Shown in pieces: positions 19,181 to 26,176 of a stretch of DNA of 64,000 bases; within the stretch, counting starts at the first letter, position 1; the number at the start of each line of letters is the position of its first letter. Under the pieces are notes generated by a model that ran no database searches, was not told the DNA's origin, and was given only the letters and a program-made list of their open reading frames with translations. Source of the stretch: Candidatus Kaiserbacteria bacterium (GTDB lineage: Bacteria > Patescibacteriota > Minisyncoccia > Phycocordibacterales > Phycocordibacteraceae); the NCBI GenBank assembly GCA_963699165.1, contig OY969413.1:852562-916561 (forward strand), written 5' to 3'. A program made the position numbers and the translations under genes.

Positions 19181-19256
19181 TATACTGTCCTATATCGTAT
19201 GAGACACGAGCTTACAAATATAGGACGTGTAGGACAAAACCATGATGTCCTACAAA
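19181..19256. promoter_or_regulatory. cluster of GTCCTA/TAGGAC inverted half-sites (putative operator)
   Basis: GTCCTA at 19187 and 19247 and TAGGAC at 19221 and 19230, in an AT-rich stretch at the 5' end of / upstream of the wHTH gene. Confidence 0.35.
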
Positions 19257-19990
19257 ATAAGACAAAAGCTAAAGACCAGCTTTCAGAGGATTTCGTCCTA
19301 GAAAAAAGCATATTTAATAACATCTTCGAAAAAGACATACGCAGGGTTTATATTTACAAAAAAGCGGAACGGCTCGCGAAAGCCATTCATCTCATCGCGC
19401 CGGCATTTGCGGAATCGCCGTCGCTCAGGGACAAGGTAGATACGATTGCAGTCGGTCTTGTCGACGCGGCAATCCTGCCGTCCGGCTCGGCGCGCATGGC
19501 GCTTTCGCGCGAACTTCTCGCGCTCTCGAGCGTGCTCGGAATCGCGCGGACGGGCGGCCTTCTTTCTTCCATGAATTCGGAGCTTATCTCGCGCGAAGCG
19601 CATGCGCTTTTGCAGGAAGTTGCGGCGTACGAAGAGCCGCGTCTTTTCCTCGATGATGCGCCGACGCTCGCCGGCATTGCGAGGCAGGCATACTCGCAGG
19701 AGGCGGTTCCGCGTCCCGCCTCAACGGAACCGAAGCGCATTCAAAAAATGCCGGCCGTCCGTAAAGGACATGTAAAAGACAGCGCGGAACCGGCAGTCCA
19801 TATAAAGGACAGACGTGAAAGCATTATGTCCGTTATACGCAATAAGGACAAGGCGAGTATAAAAGACATATCGACGCTCATTCGCGGTGTTTCCGAAAAG
19901 ACCGTCCAGCGAGAGCTTTCCGCGCTCATTGTCGCGGGACTGGTTCAGAAACAAGGAGAACGTCGCTGGAGTACCTATTCCCTCGCGTAA
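19199..19990 (+). CDS. winged-helix (DeoR/GntR-like) DNA-binding protein; start uncertain
   Basis: C-terminal wHTH (ASIKDISTLIRGVSEKTVQRELSALIVAGLVQKQGERRWSTYSL). The first ~45 codons are AT-rich and overlap the operator-like repeats, so the true start may be downstream. Confidence 0.5.
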   Translation: MRHELTNIGRVGQNHDVLQNKTKAKDQLSEDFVLEKSIFNNIFEKDIRRVYIYKKAERLAKAIHLIAPAFAESPSLRDKVDTIAVGLVDAAILPSGSARMALSRELLALSSVLGIARTGGLLSSMNSELISREAHALLQEVAAYEEPRLFLDDAPTLAGIARQAYSQEAVPRPASTEPKRIQKMPAVRKGHVKDSAEPAVHIKDRRESIMSVIRNKDKASIKDISTLIRGVSEKTVQRELSALIVAGLVQKQGERRWSTYSLA

Positions 19991-20025
19991 TCGGCAATGG
20001 GAAGGTCTGACCTTCCCATTGCCGA
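19991..20025 (+). terminator. perfect 16-bp stem hairpin after wHTH gene
   Basis: cggcaatgggaaggtc tga ccttcccattgccg immediately after the stop; no strong T-run. Confidence 0.45.
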
Positions 20026-20505
20026 TTGGTCCCTCTCAGGACTCCCCAAAACCTCTTGTCCCTTATCGTCCATGAAGGTTAGGCCTTTACAGCCCGAAAA
20101 GCCCTCATACTTCGTTCATGGAACGTTTTGACTTCCATCCCGTATTTGCTATCATGGCGTTTGTGGTAGCGACTCGGAGCACATACGGGCAAGCGCAGAT
20201 ATAAGGCCGGAAACGGTCTATTTTGCGTGCTCGATTCCGATTTGTTATCCACAACGCCGGTGTAGTGATTGCTTGCCTTCACTATATACTTAGCGTTAGT
20301 CCTTGCGGGAACTCTGCAGTTCCCGGTAGGGCGTACTTTGATAATTGAATAGTCCGCAAAAAACGGACGTCAACCCTTGCCAACTAACCCATGGCGTATT
20401 GGTCGAAACTGTACGCTGTGGGGTAGTGTGAAAGTGAAAATGTGCTCGCACGAAAGTGCGCTTAAATTAATTATTATGTGCGTCTTAAAATTCTTATCAA
20501 TCAAT

Positions 20506-23500
20506 ATGAAATCGGTAACTACGAAAGCGATCGCGAAGGTCGCGGCAGTGGCAACCGGACTCGCGATGGCAACCTCGATGCTCTCGCTTGCGCCTATCGC
20601 GCACGCGGCCGCATTGACCCCGTCACAGGTCCAGTCAATCCTCTCGCTCCTCACTTCGTTCGGTGCTGACAGCGGCACCATCGCAAATGTCCAGGCATCG
20701 CTTACGGGCGGTACGCCTTCGACGACAACGACGACTACGACTACCACGAGCAGTTCGTCCTACACCTTCACGCGCGACCTCACGGTCGGCTCGACGGGTG
20801 CAGATGTCCAGGCGCTTCAGACGGCCCTCATTGCTGACGGCTACTTGAATATTGCTACCCCGACGACGTACTTCGGTGCTTTGACGAAGGCGGCACTTGC
20901 AAAGTGGCAGGCGGCAAACAACGTCGCTCCGGCGGCCGGATACTTCGGTCCTAAGACCCGCGCTGTCTTCACGACAGGCGGCTCGACCGGCACGACGACA
21001 ACGACGACCGGCACCGGCACGACGACAACGGCAGTGGGCTCAGGCCTTAAGGTCATGCTCTCGCCGACTTCGCCGAACGGCACGGTTCTCGTTCAGGGCC
21101 AGGGCATCGGCGATCTTGGGGACTTCGTCTTCACGAACCCGAGCAATGCTCCTATCAACGTCACCGGCCTTAGCTTCAATCGCACGGGTGTCAGCAATGA
21201 TGCAACCTTGGCCAACGTGTACCTCTACAATGCAGGCACGCGCATCACGGACTCGGCAGGCGTCTCCGCTTCTGCGTTCAGCTTTACAAATCCGACGGCG
21301 CTCTTCACGGTTCCGGCAAACAGCTCCTACACGGTGTCTGTTCGTTCCGATATCGCGGGCAGCTCCTCAGGACAGCAGCTCGGTGTCCAGCTTGTCTCGG
21401 TCAACAGCAACGGTACGCTTGACGGTTCCGTCAGCTTCCCGATTAGCTCCGGCTACCAGACAATCTCGAATGCAATACTTGCAGGCGTGAGCTTCCAGGC
21501 AAACGTGACGCCGAGTAACGGCACGAACATCAGCCCGCAGACCGGATATCCGGTTTGGCAGGACACCGTTTCGGTGACCAATAATCCGGTCAAGTTCTCT
21601 TCGCTTCGCCTCACGAACCTCGGTTCGATTGACACGCAGTATGTGCAGAGCTTGGCGCTCTATGTTGACGGTACGCAGGTAGGTTCGACGATTCCTTCGG
21701 GCGCAAGCCAGTCGGCAATCACCTTCGACCTCTCGGCAAACCCGGTTCTTCTCTCGACTTCGAGCCACATCATCAAGGTACTCGCAAACATTACGGGCGG
21801 CGCGTCCCGCACCTTGAGCTTCTCGGTGCAGCGCTCCTCCGACGCAATGTTTATCGACAGCCAGCTTGGCCAGCCGGTAACTCCGGGTTCCCTTGGCAAC
21901 GTTGCATGGTCCGGTGCGGTTACAGCCGGCCCGGTCACCATCAATTCGGTGTCCGTAGGTTCGGGCGTCTCGGTCTCTCTTGACCCGAGCTCTCCGAGTC
22001 AGTCGGTCGCTTACAGCGCTTCGAACGTGAAGTGGGCAACCTTCGACTTCCTTGCCTCGGGTGAAAACGTAAAGGTCTCCGACCTCTACGTCTACGCCAC
22101 GACAACGGGCGCAGGTGGTCTTGCAAACGGCAAGATTCTTGTGAACGGCGTTCAGGTTGGTTCAACGAAGTCGATTGGAACGTATAGTTCGCCGACGGAT
22201 TTCTCCCTCGGTTCCTCTCTTATCCTTCCGGCCGGACAGACGACGCTTGTCAGCATCTATGGCGATGCCAAGGATACGAGCAACAACAATCTTCCGAACG
22301 GCACGTCGGTTACGGTTACTCTTAATGCCGGGTCGTCAAACGGCCAGGGCCAGAGCTCCCTCAACGCGACGAATGTTCCGGGTGCACCGATTAGCAGCAA
22401 CGGTGTCGTTGTCTCGAACTCACAGCTCACAGCAACTGCGTACTCGGGCTACGGCAATCAGACCGTTGTTCCTGGAAGCAACAATGCCAAGCTCGGGGCG
22501 TTTACGCTCTCGACCGGCTCGACTGAAGGCGTGACGGTGAACACAATCACCCTCTCGCTTTTGGCAGGTGCGGCAGCAGAACTTACGAACCTTACGCTCA
22601 AGGATGACGCGACTGGCAACGTGCTTGGCACGGTCCAGACCACGCCTTCGACCAGCAACTCGTTCTCCGTTAACTACGATATCCCCGTCTCTTCGACAAA
22701 GGTTGTCGATGTCTACGGAAACGTTCTCTCGAATGCAAGCGTAAGCCCGATTCAGTTGACTGTTACCACCGCCACTTCGGGCAACGGTGATGTCACCGGT
22801 TCCCCCGTGAGCGCTTCACAGTCGACTCTTCAGAACATCACTGTCGGCACAGGTACGCTGACGGTAACTCGCGGTGCGGGTGACCCGACCAGCAACAACG
22901 TCCTCGCGGGCGCAAGCCAGGTCCAGGTCGGCGAATTCAACTTCGCATCCCAGAACACCTCGTACACGGTCCAGAATCTCGCGATTCTCGTTCCGAACGG
23001 TGTAGCGTCTTCGGTTACGAACGTCACGGTATCCTACAAGGATGTCAACGGCGCGACCCAGACGGCTACGCAGGCACTTGCTATCAACTCGGCAAACCAG
23101 TTCGCAACGGCGACCTTCACCGGTCTCACCGATTACGTCCCGGCAAACGACTCGTCTAACATCGATGTCTATGTCGGTACGCCGACGGTAGCATCGGGTG
23201 CAACTTCGGGCGCGAAGATTAACGTCTCGCTCGATGAAGGCAACACCAGCACCGCAGTTGACAACACGTTCCGTGCAATCAACAGCGCAGGCGCTGCTAT
23301 CACGACCCCGACCGGCGGTTCAGGTCTGACGCTCGCTTCGAACGGTACCTTCGTCGTTCGCAAGTCGATTCCGACCTTCGCCAACGTCGCTACGGGCAAC
23401 TCGGTTCCTTCCACCGGTTCTCCGCTCTACAAGTTCACCATTTCGGCTGACCCTGCAGGCGCTATCGAATGGACGCACCTCAGGTTCAACGTATCGACGA

Positions 23501-23916
23501 CGTCTACGACGGTTACCAACGCGTATCTGACGGATGACAGCTCGGGCGCAAGCTTGCTCGACACGGGAACGTATGCTTCGACGACGGCGACAACCATCAC
23601 GGTTGACCTTCCGACGAACAACAATACGCTCGCGAAGTACGCGCAGGTCGCAGCCGGTGCAACCAAGACCTATGACCTCTACGGCACGGTCTCCGGTTGG
23701 CCGACGGGTGCATCCCTCACAATCTCGCTTGCTGCCGACACCGGTACTGCTCAAAACAACACAGCTACCGGAACCGTAGCCGCAAGCCCGACAGTAGGGT
23801 TCGTGTGGTCTGACCGCTCTTCGACAAATCCGTCTCACTCGATTTCTTCGAGCGACTGGACGAACGGTTACCTCCTCAAGAACTTCACGTCTAACGCAAC
23901 GACCTACTCACACTAG
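20506..23916 (+). CDS. giant secreted S/T-rich surface protein with peptidoglycan-binding domain
   Basis: Signal peptide (MKSVTTKAIAKVAAVATGLAMATSMLSLAPIAHAA), poly-Thr linkers (TTTTTTTTTSSSS; GTTTTTTGTGTTTT), PG_binding_1-like domain (DLTVGSTGADVQALQTALIADGYL…YFGALTKAALAKWQAANNV), then about 900 aa of beta-rich repeats. Start taken as the ATG at 20506. Confidence 0.65.
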   Translation: MKSVTTKAIAKVAAVATGLAMATSMLSLAPIAHAAALTPSQVQSILSLLTSFGADSGTIANVQASLTGGTPSTTTTTTTTTSSSSYTFTRDLTVGSTGADVQALQTALIADGYLNIATPTTYFGALTKAALAKWQAANNVAPAAGYFGPKTRAVFTTGGSTGTTTTTTGTGTTTTAVGSGLKVMLSPTSPNGTVLVQGQGIGDLGDFVFTNPSNAPINVTGLSFNRTGVSNDATLANVYLYNAGTRITDSAGVSASAFSFTNPTALFTVPANSSYTVSVRSDIAGSSSGQQLGVQLVSVNSNGTLDGSVSFPISSGYQTISNAILAGVSFQANVTPSNGTNISPQTGYPVWQDTVSVTNNPVKFSSLRLTNLGSIDTQYVQSLALYVDGTQVGSTIPSGASQSAITFDLSANPVLLSTSSHIIKVLANITGGASRTLSFSVQRSSDAMFIDSQLGQPVTPGSLGNVAWSGAVTAGPVTINSVSVGSGVSVSLDPSSPSQSVAYSASNVKWATFDFLASGENVKVSDLYVYATTTGAGGLANGKILVNGVQVGSTKSIGTYSSPTDFSLGSSLILPAGQTTLVSIYGDAKDTSNNNLPNGTSVTVTLNAGSSNGQGQSSLNATNVPGAPISSNGVVVSNSQLTATAYSGYGNQTVVPGSNNAKLGAFTLSTGSTEGVTVNTITLSLLAGAAAELTNLTLKDDATGNVLGTVQTTPSTSNSFSVNYDIPVSSTKVVDVYGNVLSNASVSPIQLTVTTATSGNGDVTGSPVSASQSTLQNITVGTGTLTVTRGAGDPTSNNVLAGASQVQVGEFNFASQNTSYTVQNLAILVPNGVASSVTNVTVSYKDVNGATQTATQALAINSANQFATATFTGLTDYVPANDSSNIDVYVGTPTVASGATSGAKINVSLDEGNTSTAVDNTFRAINSAGAAITTPTGGSGLTLASNGTFVVRKSIPTFANVATGNSVPSTGSPLYKFTISADPAGAIEWTHLRFNVSTTSTTVTNAYLTDDSSGASLLDTGTYASTTATTITVDLPTNNNTLAKYAQVAAGATKTYDLYGTVSGWPTGASLTISLAADTGTAQNNTATGTVAASPTVGFVWSDRSSTNPSHSISSSDWTNGYLLKNFTSNATTYSH

Positions 23917-24027
23917 TTCTAGCGCTAGCTACGGTTCTTGAATCTGTGGAAGTTTAACTTTCACAAGGTCCGGCTAGGAAATTGGCCTAGCAGCAAAAAC
24001 CACCTCGAAAGAGGTGGTTTTTGCTTT

Positions 24028-24063
24028 TGTGGTATGCTTTTTGATATGGATATAACAAGAATC
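24028..24063 (+). repeat. 37-bp direct repeat, copy 1 (tgtggtatgctttttgatatggatataacaagaatc)
   Basis: Near-identical to 25343-25379. The two copies bracket the REP array plus RAYT. The copy contains a putative -10 (TGtGGTATgcT) and the first codons (ATGGATAAAACAAG) of the downstream TPR gene. Confidence 0.6.
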
Positions 24064-24448
24064 TGTGGAAGTTTAACTTTCACAAGGTCCGGCTAGGAAA
24101 TTGGCCTAGCGTGAGCGGCCGAAAGGTCTGTCTCAAAGAAAGAACCCCCGTAAGGGGGTTCTTTCTTTTTATCCATGAGCATCTGTGGAAGTTTAACTTT
24201 CACACTGACCCAATCCACCTCCATGAGCATCTGTGGAAGTTTAACTTTCACACTGACTCAATCCACCTCCGGAAGGTCTGACGTTCCGGAACCGGAACCG
24301 GACGCGGCTAAGGGTTGGCCTAGCAGCAAAAACCACTCGCGAGAGGTAGTTTTTTGCGTTTGTATTTCTCTCACATTCCCCAAATGTAAGCATTTGTGGA
24401 AGTTTAACTTTCACACATGCTTGCTTTCCATGTATTTTGTCTGCGGAG

Positions 24449-24489
24449 GTCGTCGCCCTGTGGAAGTTAAACTTCCACAGGGCGACGAC
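24449..24489. promoter_or_regulatory. perfect 41-bp palindrome (20-bp arms) GTCGTCGCCCTGTGGAAGTT a AACTTCCACAGGGCGACGAC
   Basis: Exact reverse-complement symmetry around a single central A, 6 nt upstream of the RAYT ORF. Its core equals the REP consensus made perfect. Confidence 0.7.
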
Positions 24490-24494
24490 TTAAT

Positions 24495-25244
24495 TTGGCT
24501 ACGCTGTGTGGCTTTCGAGTTATATTGATTGCTATGCGAATAGAACCATACGGCATCGGATCGATTCGGCATATCACGCAAAGAGGCGTCCGGGGTTTGG
24601 ATATCATGCGCGACGTTCACGACCGCGACCGCTCGGTTCGCGGGCTCTTCTATCTCAACGACACCTACGCCGATGCAAATTGGCATCGGCAGGTGCTTGC
24701 CGTCGAGCCGTTTTCCCGCCCCCTGCATTGGCCGGAGCGCGATCCGCTCGTGCGCATTCTCGCGTGGACGTTCCTCTCGAATCATTTCCATATCCTCTTG
24801 CAGGAACTACGCGAGGGTGGAACGGCGAAATTCATGCAGCGTTTCTGCGGGAGCATGTCATCTTATTTCAATGTGAAATATCGCGAGAAGGGAGGCCTTT
24901 TCCAAGGTTCGTATCACGCGCGCACTGTTACCGAGGACGAGCATTATCGGTACCTCGCTTTTTATATTCTCGTGAAGAACGTGCTCGAGATGTATCCGGG
25001 CGGCTTGCGTGCGGCGCAAGCCAACTTCGATGATGCGTGGGAGTGGGCGAAGTGGTACCCGTATTCGAGTTTGCGGGATTCGGTCGCCACGGACCCTTCA
25101 CCGATAATCGATGACCCGGACGGTCTCATTAAGGGCATTATCGGCACGGGCGACGCGTACAAACAGGAGGCACGCGAGCTATTCGATTTCCACATGGCAT
25201 CGCGCGGCGAGGAGTTCAAGGCGCTCATGCTCGAGCCATGGTAA
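24495..25244 (+). CDS. REP-associated tyrosine transposase (RAYT) / IS200-like Y1 HUH transposase
   Basis: HUH motif (LSNHFHILLQE), catalytic-Tyr region (GLFQGSYHARTVTEDEHYRYLAFYILVKNV) with layout like E. coli RAYT (…HMHCIW… / …FWEHAIRN…YIYINPVKHG). TTG start at 24495; an alternative ATG lies at 24534. Confidence 0.65.
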   Translation: MATLCGFRVILIAMRIEPYGIGSIRHITQRGVRGLDIMRDVHDRDRSVRGLFYLNDTYADANWHRQVLAVEPFSRPLHWPERDPLVRILAWTFLSNHFHILLQELREGGTAKFMQRFCGSMSSYFNVKYREKGGLFQGSYHARTVTEDEHYRYLAFYILVKNVLEMYPGGLRAAQANFDDAWEWAKWYPYSSLRDSVATDPSPIIDDPDGLIKGIIGTGDAYKQEARELFDFHMASRGEEFKALMLEPW

Positions 25245-25342
25245 ATGCGCGGCGCATCCTGTGAAAGTCAGACCTTCACGGAAAATGTTCACCGGCGATG
25301 GGCGGGGTCGTTGCACGGCCGTCAAAGGCAGATTCCGCGATT

Positions 25343-25379
25343 GTGGTATGCTTTTTGAATATGGATAAAACAAGGAATC
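25343..25379 (+). repeat. 37-bp direct repeat, copy 2 (tgtggtatgctttttgaatatggataaaacaaggaatc)
   Basis: See copy 1. Includes the ATG (25361) of the TPR gene. Confidence 0.6.
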
Positions 25380-26176
25380 AGATGCTTTTACTCGCGGTCG
25401 TTGTCGTGGGAGCTGCGGCGCTCGCCGTATTTGCCGAGAATCAAGTTTCAAAGGCGCCTGCGCAGACGGCTTCCTCTACCATTACCGTTTCCACAAGTAC
25501 GCCCGGCGCAACTGTCGCTGTTCCGACGGTGCCCGCGGCAACTCCCGCGCAAGGCGCTGTCGCGACCGGTCCGTTTCCGATTAACCCCGCGGACCGCATC
25601 GCTTCGTGGACTTTTAAAGGCGCATATAGCGGCAACGCGACGCTTACGAGCCAGGCAAATGCCGACATAACTCATCTCACCGGCCTGCTCGGAAAAGGGC
25701 AGTACGACGATTACGACCTCTATGACGGAATCGCAAACGATTACACGTCGCTCGGCGACGGACAGACGGCATACGATAATTACAATCGCGCGATTGCGAT
25801 TCATCCGAGCAAAGGTCTTGCATACGCGAATCTCGGGCATTTGTTTGACGGGCTCGGCGCAGAGTTCACGGCTGCCGATGCGTACGCGAAAGCGACAGTC
25901 GTTGAACCGACGCAAATGGAATATTACATCCAGCGCCTCGACTTTCTCACGGGCAAGCTTCCAAATGACAACTCGGCAATCCTCGCGGCATTTTCGGATG
26001 CGAGCAAACAGTTCGGCGATGCGGCGCCCATCCTTTCGATAGAGGCCGAGTGGCTTGCCGGACAAAAGCGATACGCCGATGCGATTGCCGCGTGGCAAAA
26101 AGTCGAATCACTTTCGCCGGGTGCGGACAATTCTTCGATTGATGCGCAGATAGCCCGACTTAAAGCAAAAGAATGA
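25361..26176 (+). CDS. secreted TPR-repeat protein
   Basis: N-terminal hydrophobic signal (MDKTRNQMLLLAVVVVGAAALAVFA), T/A/P-rich linker, TPR-like helical repeats (YDNYNRAIAIHPSKGLAYANLGHLF…). Start at 25361 supported by duplication of this 5' end in the direct repeat. Confidence 0.5.
   Translation: MDKTRNQMLLLAVVVVGAAALAVFAENQVSKAPAQTASSTITVSTSTPGATVAVPTVPAATPAQGAVATGPFPINPADRIASWTFKGAYSGNATLTSQANADITHLTGLLGKGQYDDYDLYDGIANDYTSLGDGQTAYDNYNRAIAIHPSKGLAYANLGHLFDGLGAEFTAADAYAKATVVEPTQMEYYIQRLDFLTGKLPNDNSAILAAFSDASKQFGDAAPILSIEAEWLAGQKRYADAIAAWQKVESLSPGADNSSIDAQIARLKAKE

Larger units (their letters stand above)
23943..24489. repeat. REP-like palindrome array upstream of RAYT
   Basis: Imperfect palindrome TCTGTGGAAGTTTAACTTTCACA at 23943, 24062, 24182, 24230 and 24393, ending in a perfect 41-bp palindrome. 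Interspersed GGCTAGGAAATTGGCCTAGC hairpins and three terminator-like hairpins (23995-24028, 24138-24170, 24316-24353). Includes a 48-bp tandem duplication (24175-24222 / 24223-24270). Confidence 0.7.

Noticed and set aside
20079-20400. Possible structured ncRNA (tmRNA, SRP RNA or RNase P) in the AT-rich 20060-20400 gap, and small ORF 20079..20282
   Set aside because: None of the diagnostic motifs could be located by eye (tmRNA tRNA-like ends, SRP GGAA tetraloop helix, RNase P GGAAAGTCCGG). Only short local hairpins were seen (20307-20324, 20354-20373). This is most likely the promoter region of the large surface-protein gene. It cannot be excluded without a covariance-model scan.
23943-24489. 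CRISPR array hypothesis for the TCTGTGGAAGTTTAACTTTCACA repeats
   Set aside because: Repeat spacing is irregular (47-164 bp). Intervening sequence is itself repeated and contains terminator hairpins. The repeats are palindromic and sit next to a HUH transposase, which fits REP/BIME better.
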